Made by a program: the position numbers and the translations under genes. A DNA stretch of 59,484 nucleotides, the filler included. It is 6 parts of 6 records of this genome, joined end to end, with 100 filler letters (N's around TTAATTAATTAA, not from the genome) between each part and the next. Parts side by side here need not be neighbours in the genome. Positions count along the whole stretch, not along the records: positions 8,664 to 22,925 come from SRR2962707_541; positions 23,026 to 28,547 come from SRR2962707_548; positions 28,648 to 48,501 come from SRR2962707_550; 3 more parts are not named here. One strand, written 5' to 3'. Under the pieces are notes generated by a model. It searched no databases. It was not told where the DNA came from and saw nothing but the letters and a program-made list of their open reading frames with translations. This document shows, one piece after another, positions 20,614-29,401 of this stretch (the first letter of the stretch is position 1; every line of letters begins with the position of its first letter).

Positions 20614-21836
20614 CGGCCAGCGTTGATCAGGACAGACTTTGGAATTCCCTCATGCAACTTGCCGAAATCGGCGCCACCCCCAAAGGCGGGGTCTGCCGGA
20701 TTTCACTCAGCGAGGAAGACTGCAAGGCACGGGACCTGTTTTGTACGTGGGCGCGTGAAGCCGGCTGCGACATCCGTATTGATACCATCGGCAACATCTT
20801 TGCCCGCAGGCCCGGCCGCAATCCTGATGCCGATCCGGTGGTGACGGGCAGCCATATCGACAGCCAGCCGCTCGGCGGCAAGTTTGACGGCGCCTACGGG
20901 GTCATGGCCGGGCTGGAGGTGATCCGTGCCCTGAACGACGCCGGGATCGAAACCGAGGCCCCGATCGAGGTCGTGGACTGGACCGACGAAGAAGGCGCCC
21001 GGTTTTCCGCCGGGTGTATCGGATCCGGTGTGTATTCCGGTCTCCGCGATCTCGAAGATGTGCTGGCCCTGACGGACGCCAAGGGCATGAGCTTTGCGGA
21101 TGCGCTGGCCGAAAGCGGCTACGCGGGGACGGAAGCCGTCGGCGAAAACACTTTCAAGGCGTATTTCGAAGCGCATATCGAACAGGGACCCATCCTCGAA
21201 GACGCCGGACTGCCGATCGGCGCTGTCGTCGGGGCGCAGGGTCAACGCGGGTTTCTGGTGACCGTCACCGGGTTCGACGGCCACGCCGGGACCCTGCCGA
21301 TGTCCAAGCGCCGGGATTCATTTATCGGTACGGCAAAAATGGCGGTGGCGCTCAACGACCTGGCGAGCCGTTACGAGCCGGTTGCAGTCATCACCATCGG
21401 TCATGTCGAGGTCAAACCGAATTCACGCAACACCGTCCCCGGCCAGACCATTTTCAGTATCGACAGCCGCCACCCGGACAGCAGCGTCCTGCAGCAAATG
21501 GAAGAAGACATTTCCCGGATCATCGATGACATTGCCAATGATTGCGGACTGGTCACGGACATCAAGGTGGTCACACGCGCCGAACCCGTCATCTTTGACC
21601 AGGCCTGTGTCGATGCGGTCCGGGATGCCTGCCGGGACCGGCAGATCAGTTACATGGATATTAACTCGGGGGCCGGTCACGATGCGTGCAAGATCGCATC
21701 CGTTGCCCCCACGGGCATGATCTTCGTGCCCTGCACCGACGGCATCAGCCATAACGAAATGGAGCATGCGGAGCCAGAAAATCTGGCGCTCGGCGCACAG
21801 GTGCTTCTGGATGCCATGCTGAAGGTTGCGCGGTAG
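20610..21836 (+). CDS. M20 Zn-dependent amidohydrolase (N-carbamoyl-amino acid hydrolase / beta-ureidopropionase / allantoate amidohydrolase family)
   Basis: GSHIDSQPLGGKFDG, DEEGARF, EAHIEQGPILE, GHAGT, SGAGHDA, GISHN; TTG start overlaps the amidase TGA, with GAGGA RBS. Confidence 0.93.
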   Translation: MTASVDQDRLWNSLMQLAEIGATPKGGVCRISLSEEDCKARDLFCTWAREAGCDIRIDTIGNIFARRPGRNPDADPVVTGSHIDSQPLGGKFDGAYGVMAGLEVIRALNDAGIETEAPIEVVDWTDEEGARFSAGCIGSGVYSGLRDLEDVLALTDAKGMSFADALAESGYAGTEAVGENTFKAYFEAHIEQGPILEDAGLPIGAVVGAQGQRGFLVTVTGFDGHAGTLPMSKRRDSFIGTAKMAVALNDLASRYEPVAVITIGHVEVKPNSRNTVPGQTIFSIDSRHPDSSVLQQMEEDISRIIDDIANDCGLVTDIKVVTRAEPVIFDQACVDAVRDACRDRQISYMDINSGAGHDACKIASVAPTGMIFVPCTDGISHNEMEHAEPENLALGAQVLLDAMLKVAR

Positions 21837-21874
21837 GCCGGTGTTTCGAGACAACCCGGCCCCGGCGGACGGCC

Positions 21875-22924
21875 TCAGGATTCCGGTTTAATCTTTTCCG
21901 TCACGTCCGCCATCTTCTTGGCGATCTGCTCGTACTGATAATCCGGAATGATGTAGATCCAGCCTTTGGTCCGCTCGGCAATCGCGCGTGCCTGTTTGGC
22001 AGCGTCGGAATTTTCATCGTCACCGATGTATTTGGCCGATACCGTCATGTACTGGGTTTTGTCCTTCTGCCACATCCGGGTCGTCACGTGGATGGCGTCG
22101 GTGCTGAAGAACTCGGTGACATAGGCGTCCTTGGGGTCCAGATCGACCGAGCCTTCGCGGCGCACATCGTTCAGGACAAAAGAGTTCAGAACTGCCGCCA
22201 CGTTACGGGGGGCGAATTCGCTTGTCAGCTTCATCCCCTCAGGCAGATTCTCGAAGGCAAAGTCGCCGGTCACGCCCTTCATCGGAATGACGATCAGCTG
22301 CTCACCATCCGGTTGCGTCACTTCGGCGCGGGCAATGCGTTCGGGTTTGATATCGACGATGTCCCGCTGCAGCCAGTCACGGCGTTCAACACCAATATCG
22401 ACCAGGCCGCGGACCAGCCATGTCTGATCTTCACCCGGACGGCGCACATACATCCCCCCTGTCGTCGTTTCCGGCAGGAAGAAATTGGCACTGCCGACAA
22501 TCAGATCGGCGATCACGTCACCGCCGGCGCCCTTGAGCGTGACCTGCTGGGCATTTGCACGCTTCTGTGACGGATCACCGAGGTTAAGATCATTGAACCG
22601 GTCCGGGTTTTTGGTTTTCGCTTCAAGCAATTCCATGTTGGAGAGGCTGAAGATCACCTTGTTCACCAGATTGGCATGCACCGGATAGCCGTCGCTTTCC
22701 TTGAGCCGCCAGGTTTCGCCGTCACGAACGAACGTCGTCGTGTCGCCGTTCTGCAGCACGATCATCTCGGCCACATCCCCGGCGTTTTCAAGCAACCCCG
22801 GGAACAGGCGTTCACCCTTGAAGTTGGTGCTCTGGTAATCGACCCGCGACGAAACGCCGTAGGCCGCGGCCGCGACGCTAACAATGGCGGCCAAAAGCAG
22901 AATGCTGACGGTTCTGGGTGTCAT
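21875..22924 (-). CDS. DUF4340-type membrane-anchored periplasmic protein (usually the last gene of Gld-like ABC operons)
   Basis: N-terminal TM anchor; W.L....YPV, L+VG....YVR...EDQTWLV and GWIYIIPDY patterns; starts at the contig edge. Confidence 0.75.
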   Translation of the reverse strand: MTPRTVSILLLAAIVSVAAAAYGVSSRVDYQSTNFKGERLFPGLLENAGDVAEMIVLQNGDTTTFVRDGETWRLKESDGYPVHANLVNKVIFSLSNMELLEAKTKNPDRFNDLNLGDPSQKRANAQQVTLKGAGGDVIADLIVGSANFFLPETTTGGMYVRRPGEDQTWLVRGLVDIGVERRDWLQRDIVDIKPERIARAEVTQPDGEQLIVIPMKGVTGDFAFENLPEGMKLTSEFAPRNVAAVLNSFVLNDVRREGSVDLDPKDAYVTEFFSTDAIHVTTRMWQKDKTQYMTVSAKYIGDDENSDAAKQARAIAERTKGWIYIIPDYQYEQIAKKMADVTEKIKPES

Positions 22925-22925
22925 C

Positions 22926-23025
22926 NNNNNNNNNNNNNNNNNNNNNNNNNNNNNNNNNNNNNNNNNNNNTTAATTAATTAANNNNNNNNNNNNNNNNNNN
23001 NNNNNNNNNNNNNNNNNNNNNNNNN
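22926..23025. other. Artificial contig spacer
   Basis: 44N-TTAATTAATTAA-44N. Confidence 0.99.
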
Positions 23026-23027
23026 AA

Positions 23028-25133
23028 GAAGAAGAACAAGAAGAAGAAGAAGCAGAGGTAGGGACAACAGAAACAACATCAAGCAACAACTGCGGCATTC
23101 GTTACACTGAAGAGATGAATTTCGGAGTCCTCCGGGGCTCCGACACAGTCGCCATGTTCGCACTGACTTCATCTGTGGAGTCCATGGACGGCAGGCTCTT
23201 CGACATGTCGGTGGTCCAAAAGACTGCGGAAACTTCGGTAAAATCGTCCTTTGCATTCAACGGGACTGGGTTCTTCGTGCTGAGTTCTGGCGGCTCGTTC
23301 GACGGTGGCGCGTCCAAGTTTGTGCCGATTCTCAAGCAGAACCGCCGATTCTTGTCGCGCGTGGCTGCGCAGAAGGACTTTGAACAAGCCTGCCGGGCTG
23401 GTGCCCAGCGTCACGTGGTGGCGACTGTGCGCCCGGAACTTGGAGCGGCAATTGTGAATGTCACCCGTGAAAGGACAGACTTCAGTGGAAGTGCCATTGC
23501 GGCCGATTTTGCGGCACTCGTCGCAACGTCGCGCTGGAAAACGTCGCTGCAAGGCGTTCCATTGACCATCTACGAGTCGTACACTGCTGACTGCACAACG
23601 CTCGTGCGATCCGAAATGCAGTCGCCATTTGGACCATTGGTTGTGGAGCTTGCTTCTGAAGAAGCTGTGCAGCCACTGCTTCGCAAGTTTAAGGCCAAGG
23701 ACTTTTCGGACTCCAAGTTTCCTGAGATTGTGAACAGTGCATCGGTGCCATTGGCATTTCCTCTTGTGACAGTTCAAACTGCAACCATTGCCACCTTTCG
23801 CGTGGAGCTGGAGCAACAGCGCAATTTAGAGGAAGACCGCGGGCTGTTTCTTCCCTCCGCAGGGTATCAAACCTTCTCGAGTGAACTCGTGCATCAACAC
23901 AGCCAACATCCCGCAGCAGGAAACAACAAATCACGGGTTGGGTTTGTGACAGTCGATTTATCTCGACCACAGCCGGTTTTAGAAACTGTTGACCTGCACC
24001 TTGCAGACAGCGAATATCTTGCAGCTTCGACAATGATAAACTCAAACGATGCTGGCGTCCGTGATCTCCATGCTACGCTTCTGATGGCAGCCGGCAAACC
24101 CGCGACACCAGGCTTCTCCGCTGCAGCGAACAATGTGTCTTTCCAAGAGCGCTGGGCGAGAGCGGGAGTGTTCCGCGAGGGTGTTCGCCGCTACATCACG
24201 CGGAAGGACTTGAACACTGGATATGGCTCTGCTTCTGAGGTTGTCATCTCGCGTGCAGGAGATTGCACAGAACATGCGGTTTTGCTCGCTGCTTTATTGC
24301 GGGTTGACGGAATTCCTGCTCGAGTGTGCAATGGTCTTGTCTACACTGAGCACTGGAACACTCACGGTGGTGCATGGGTGAATCGGAGCGTCGACCCGGC
24401 ATTTGGATGGCACATGTGGACCCAGGCCGCCATCGCTGGCCATTGGCTGGATTTAGACGCCACATTGCCGCAGCCGTTCAACGTGGGCCATATCCTCGTG
24501 AGCACTGAGTCGCTGAGTGGTGGGTCGGTGATTTCAGGTTCAATCTTGGCCATGTTGCCGCTGATGAAGCATCTTAGGATCGAGCTGCAGAGCATCGAAG
24601 GAGTGCACCCTAGGAAGCCCGCCAATGATCTTGCTCCTGATGTGCAGGAGGTACAAGTTGGGGTCCTTCACGCTGCTCTGGATAGCCGCAGTAAAACCAG
24701 TGCTTCTCGCACTTGCCAGCGAGCCAGGCCAGGTGATAAGGTTCATATTCGAGCCTCGACATTTCTGCGTCGGAGCGGGGCTGTGCTCAGCCACTCCACC
24801 TGGAACGAGTTGTCGCGCCGTGAAAGCCCGCAACCGACTGACGGTGATGCACTCCTTGAGACCAACCAGCGTGCCGTGGATGTTGTGCAGTTGGGCCCGC
24901 CAAGCTCTGATCTTCGTACAAAAGGTGGCATGCGTATTCCGGCGGTTGTGGCGGAGTCTGCAATCGCTGGCCTATGCGCAGGTGAACGACGGGTGGTGAT
25001 GGTTCCAAACAGCCTTGACCCGGGAAATCCGTGGAGCCGATCTCTTTATGTGCACAAAGAAGCAACCATTGTGCATGACATTGAGATTGTGGACGTTGTA
25101 ACTGCCACTGCCGATGGCAAGGACGAGCTGTAG
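23028..25133 (+). CDS. Transglutaminase-like (Cys-His-Asp) protein fused to a degenerate FKBP-like domain with C-terminal KDEL; 5'-truncated
   Basis: Frame open from the contig edge (EEEQEEEEAEVG...). GDCTEHAVLLAALLR..GIPARV, WHMWTQA, WLDLDAT; then C..ARPGDKVHI...GLCAGERRVVMVP...ATIVHDIEIVDV; ends KDEL-stop. Confidence 0.85.
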   Translation, partial: EEEQEEEEAEVGTTETTSSNNCGIRYTEEMNFGVLRGSDTVAMFALTSSVESMDGRLFDMSVVQKTAETSVKSSFAFNGTGFFVLSSGGSFDGGASKFVPILKQNRRFLSRVAAQKDFEQACRAGAQRHVVATVRPELGAAIVNVTRERTDFSGSAIAADFAALVATSRWKTSLQGVPLTIYESYTADCTTLVRSEMQSPFGPLVVELASEEAVQPLLRKFKAKDFSDSKFPEIVNSASVPLAFPLVTVQTATIATFRVELEQQRNLEEDRGLFLPSAGYQTFSSELVHQHSQHPAAGNNKSRVGFVTVDLSRPQPVLETVDLHLADSEYLAASTMINSNDAGVRDLHATLLMAAGKPATPGFSAAANNVSFQERWARAGVFREGVRRYITRKDLNTGYGSASEVVISRAGDCTEHAVLLAALLRVDGIPARVCNGLVYTEHWNTHGGAWVNRSVDPAFGWHMWTQAAIAGHWLDLDATLPQPFNVGHILVSTESLSGGSVISGSILAMLPLMKHLRIELQSIEGVHPRKPANDLAPDVQEVQVGVLHAALDSRSKTSASRTCQRARPGDKVHIRASTFLRRSGAVLSHSTWNELSRRESPQPTDGDALLETNQRAVDVVQLGPPSSDLRTKGGMRIPAVVAESAIAGLCAGERRVVMVPNSLDPGNPWSRSLYVHKEATIVHDIEIVDVVTATADGKDEL

Positions 25134-25505
25134 TTGCTGCGAAGCCGCACACGCGTTGCGGTGTGCCCTGCAGTGGTTGCATTGTGAGGCATGAGAGCTT
25201 CTAAAGAGGAGATCAAATTGCGCACCCCTTGCACAGCTTCAAAGCACAATACGAGCTTTATTGAACTTTTCGAACGCGCCGCCAGTTGGGCTGAAGACTC
25301 GATAAAGTGAGCAAAGGGAGTCGCTGCTCGAATGTTGCTTCGCGATTTATGACTTATCAACACACATTGAGAGACTCTTTTTCGTTCGCAGACCATCGAT
25401 CTCCACCTCAACTGCTCAAAAAATAGGTGCCTGCTGATCGCCAGCTCGTGAACGGCCGAATTGGTCTGCTTTAGTGCCGTTCGTGTTCACTCAGCACCAA
25501 GCCTC

Positions 25506-26499
25506 CTAACTCTCGCTTTTCTTCTTTCTCTTCTTGTCCTTCTTCTCTTTCTTGGATCTCTTTTTGTCAGATTTGTCCTTCTTGTCTTTCCTGCCGCTGC
25601 TGTGGCTGCCCTTCTTTTTCTTTTTGTTTCTCCGTTGCTGGCGACCCCGTTCAGCCGCTTGCAACCGAACCGCGGCCTTTTCCTTCAACTTTTCGAACTT
25701 GGTTGCAGCACTGTCAAGAACATCATTCAGAACCGTATCTCGCACAGCCTCGTCCAGCAAACTCCACGATGGGCGCTTATGCATCGGAGGGGGTGCGGAA
25801 GAGTCGTCGTCTCCCATCATTGCAGCTAGCTCGGCGTCGAGCTTTGCTTGTCTTTGCTTGGCGAAGTCAACCTCCTCCTGGTCGGCCTGGTAACGCTTCA
25901 TCAACGGATCGCCTTGTTCTACGTCGTCCTCACCGTCCGAGGACCCTTCGTCCGAGTCGTCGTCCGAGTTCTGCTCAGTTTGTTTCTTTGCTACCCAAAA
26001 CTTGGTCAGTGGTAGCCAATGGTCCTTGACTATGCAAATCCAGTCTCCCTGCTTCATAATTGGCTTGACGACCTCGTTGAACTTGATGCGCCTGTTGTCT
26101 TCGTTGACATCAGTCACCTTCGGAGAATTGCGGTAAACCAGCCCCGCATGCACGCAGCAAACATATTGATGCCCGGTCACATCTTCTTCGTCCTCTAGCT
26201 TCTCTGTCTGGGTGAGTCCGCGCTCGAGACTTTTGCCCCCAGACTTCTCGTCGTTTGACTGCTTCCGCCAGGTTCCGAAAAACAAAACACCAACAACACA
26301 GACCACAGAAATGAGTGACAGGGGACTTGGGTTCGATAACAAGGAACGGTGCTGCAGCACGGAGAATGCACGCGAGTACCTCGGATTGGGCTTCTTCCGG
26401 CTCGCTGTTGTTCGTGCCGGGTGCTTTCCCCGCAGCAGCGGGTGCGCCTTCCCCAACTGCGGAATCTGCTCGTTTCGGCGACGATGCACCGTTCCCCAT
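25506..26499 (-). CDS. Two-exon eukaryotic gene, ~290 aa: N-myristoylation motif, SH3-like segment, IQ motif, Lys-rich tail
   Basis: Exons 26499-26380 and 26258-25506 (GT-AG, phase 0); MGNGASS; AAVRLQAAERGRQQRR; poly-K C-terminus. Confidence 0.7.
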
Positions 26500-27221
26500 A
26501 TCGACCAGCGCTCGTTCACACAATGAACGCAAACCAAAAGCTACCACCTCTGGGTGGCGGCAAGGCGCGGTCAGTGGGGCGAACTTGCTAACCTCTTTTC
26601 TGTGATGTCCTTTGGGGTGTCCTTTTGTGGTGCTGTCTGTTCGTGTTTTGAAGAAAAGTCAGCTGCAGTTTGTTCAAGAGTTCGACTAGCTCTTGACCGT
26701 TGCTTTGTACTTTGAGTGAGCAGCGACGTTTGGTGTGAGGGTAGTGGTGTGAGGGAGTGGCGCCCAGCCCGTCGTGCCAACTTGGCGCGCGGCGCAAGCT
26801 CGGGGTCAGTCTCGCGCTGCTGCTTGTTGAAAGAGACTGAGAGGAGTGCAACGCCGAAGTCATGACTCACGGGTGGAAACCTCGGCTTTCACCTTGTGCA
26901 TGCAGCCAACAACATACTGTTGGCAGGGTGTGGTAGGACAACACAGCGACCCAAAAGAGACACCAAAGTGCAAAGCCAGCTGCTGGTATTGCTTCACGAG
27001 TTGTGAGATGGTAGCTGGTCATAGTAATAGTGGTTGGCATTGGACAAGAAGGAGAGAGTTGTGTGATGGTTGCTGCTGCAGGCTGTAGTCGTTGATGGTT
27101 TCGGCTCCATCGATTGGTGTCCATGTATGTTGTTGTTGTGACTGCTGACTTCACAAACATGGTTTCTTTTTCGACAGAAGAACTCGCATGCTTCGAGCTC
27201 CGCCTATTGTGGGTGGGTGAA

Positions 27222-27270
27222 GAGTGTTGAGTGTTGAGTGTCGAGTGTTGAGTGGTGAATGTTGAGTGGT
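27222..27270. repeat. Imperfect 7-bp tandem repeat (GAGTGTT)n
   Basis: About seven degenerate units read directly. Confidence 0.75.
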
Positions 27271-27409
27271 GCAGAGTGGTGAGGAGAGTGTCTGTCTGTC
27301 CGTGCTCTGCCCTTTGTTTCTTTTGGAGTGAGTACATACAGTACAGTGCGGTTTAGTATTCCGGAGCCTCTTGGCAAAAGGCGTAAGCGCATAACATGCT
27401 CGCAAGCCG

Positions 27410-27475
27410 TACTTTGGCATTGAAGTGAGTTTTCATGCAACCCGTACTTACTTTGGCATTGAAGTGAGTTTTCAT
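27410..27475. repeat. Perfect 27-bp direct repeat x2 (TACTTTGGCATTGAAGTGAGTTTTCAT), 12 bp apart
   Basis: Copies at 27410-27436 and 27449-27475. Confidence 0.9.
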
Positions 27476-27644
27476 CTCCCAGCTGCCTGGAAGGATGTCG
27501 TGGACCAACGCTTGGGGTTGAACCGTCTCAACGCAGGAGATGGGGTTGTTGAATATTTTGATAAGTTAACGCGCTTTTTAGCAGCTTGTGACAGCTAAAT
27601 CTGAGAGAAGAAAAAAAAAAACACGGCAGTGTTTTCACTGCTTG

Positions 27645-28417
27645 TCAGTCTTCCTCGATCGGTTGAAGCGGCTTGCCCTCGTGCAAAGGGAGTGTCCCAT
27701 GCGCCCGGAACCATCTTTGTCGCCGCTGGAACGCTGCTTTGGCAATCTTCGTCCAAATCGCTTCGCCCAAACTGGCCGTGCTCAATGTGCCAGCGCGTTG
27801 ATGCAGGGCAAGCAGTTGACTGGCTGACGTACCGTCAACTGCGGACGAGTCCAGGGAAATGGGCGACAGATGCACCAGTACGTAAGCCTCGACCGCAGCA
27901 ATATGCTGTCGTTGTCGGTAAGCTCGACCTAGTTTACGCATCGATTTCTGCACTGACAAAGGGATGGAGAGGTACCTATAGAGACCATGTCATGTGCAAG
28001 CCAGCAAGAATTGTGAGCGAGACGAGCGGTCTCCCCATGAGCGCAACAGGCACATCATCCATTGCTTGGGTCACGCATGGGCATCGACGAGAAAAAAACA
28101 CACCGCCCATAGGTATCTTTGTCGATTGCGAGGTCGCCGCGGACGTTCTGCAGGTCATCAGCATAGCTGAGTGCCATTGTTCCAACCCCAGCAAACTTTG
28201 AGTCGCTTTCCATTTTGGTCTCGACAATACTGTACACCAAAGCAGCCGCTTCCGTAAAGCGCCGCTCGTTCCCGCCTTCAGCATTCGCCGTTTCATGAGA
28301 CGACAGCACAGCCTGGGACCGTGCTGACAACCCCGAAAGTGCCCGTGTTGAAGCTATCGATATCAAAAACAGCAGCAGCAGAGTCGTGCGCAAGGCACCT
28401 ACGTGGCCGAGCGCCAT
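27645..28417 (-). CDS. Putative two-exon secreted hypothetical protein, ~214 aa
   Basis: Hydrophobic signal peptide (LLLLFLISIASTRA); GT-AG intron 28103-27976 joins two ORFs in frame; no family recognised. Confidence 0.5.
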
Positions 28418-28517
28418 GCTGCACCTATCAGATTCGTCCGCTCACGCTAGGCAGCACCAAAACAAATGAGAACAGGTTGCCGTCTTGCTCTCAACAATCC
28501 AACGACAGTTGTCTCGA

Positions 28518-28541
28518 CAGCAGCAGCAGCAGCAGCAGCAG
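28518..28541. repeat. (CAG)8 microsatellite near contig end
   Basis: Read directly. Confidence 0.9.
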
Positions 28542-28547
28542 CGGCGG

Positions 28548-28647
28548 NNNNNNNNNNNNNNNNNNNNNNNNNNNNNNNNNNNNNNNNNNNNTTAATTAAT
28601 TAANNNNNNNNNNNNNNNNNNNNNNNNNNNNNNNNNNNNNNNNNNNN
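28548..28647. other. Artificial contig spacer
   Basis: 44N-TTAATTAATTAA-44N. Confidence 0.99.
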
Positions 28648-28851
28648 AAACCTCATTTAAACCTTGATATAAGTGGAATCCAATAAATTCCGTTAACTTC
28701 TATCGGGCAACAATAATTTTTTATTAAAAAGGAGTTATAAATCTAGATTTGCTTTTGGTATTGAGGTTGAAGAAGGGAGGAATAAATTCATTTTTAGAAA
28801 GATATGCAGTATAAAGTTGGGTTTAGGTGTTTTTAGGTTTAAAAAAAATTG

Positions 28852-28859
28852 TATATTTG
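28852..28859 (+). promoter_or_regulatory. Bacteroidota -7 promoter box (TAnnTTTG) for rimP-nusA-infB
   Basis: TATATTTG about 70 nt upstream of the rimP ATG. Confidence 0.75.
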
Positions 28860-28886
28860 CACCGTTGAAAGTGAATAATCTATTTC

Positions 28887-28913
28887 AGAGGGGACATAAA
28901 GTCCCCTCTTTTT
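28887..28913 (+). promoter_or_regulatory. rimP leader terminator-like hairpin (probable attenuator)
   Basis: AGAGGGGAC-ATAAA-GTCCCCTCT followed by a T run, between the promoter and the start codon. Confidence 0.7.
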
Positions 28914-28926
28914 ATACAAATATTAG

Positions 28927-29388
28927 ATGTTGAAGGAAAAAGTAACAGCGCTTTTAAACGAATTTTTTGAAGAGAATAAATCGTTTTTTTTGGTTGATTT
29001 CTCATTAACTCCCGATAATAAAATCAAAATAATTGTTGATGGAGATAACGGAGTTACTTTGAAAGATTGTATTGCAGTAAGTAGGCAAGTAGAACATAAT
29101 TTGGATAGAGAAGAACTCGATTTTTCTTTAGAGGTTACTTCCCCAGGAGCTACAGAGCCTATAATAAACAACAGGCAGTACAATAAGAATATAGGTAGAA
29201 AATTTCAAGTAAAAACTGCTGAAGATAAATTTGAAGGAGAACTTACTGCTATTACAGAAAGTGGCATTCAGTTAAGTTGGAAAGCCCGAGAGCCTAAACC
29301 AGTTGGGAAAGGTAAAGTAACAGTAAAGTACGAGAAAGAGATCCCTTTTGCGGATATTGTGGAAGCTAAAGTGATGATAACATTTTAA
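28927..29388 (+). CDS. rimP: Ribosome maturation factor RimP
   Basis: DGDNGVTLKDC..VSR and LEVTSPG motifs; first gene of the rimP-nusA-infB operon. Confidence 0.96.
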   Translation: MLKEKVTALLNEFFEENKSFFLVDFSLTPDNKIKIIVDGDNGVTLKDCIAVSRQVEHNLDREELDFSLEVTSPGATEPIINNRQYNKNIGRKFQVKTAEDKFEGELTAITESGIQLSWKAREPKPVGKGKVTVKYEKEIPFADIVEAKVMITF

Positions 29389-29401
29389 TTAAGGAATTGA
29401 C

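Noticed and set aside
27410-27475. 27-bp direct repeats as a mini CRISPR array
   Set aside because: Only two copies, 12-bp spacer, eukaryotic contig, no cas genes.
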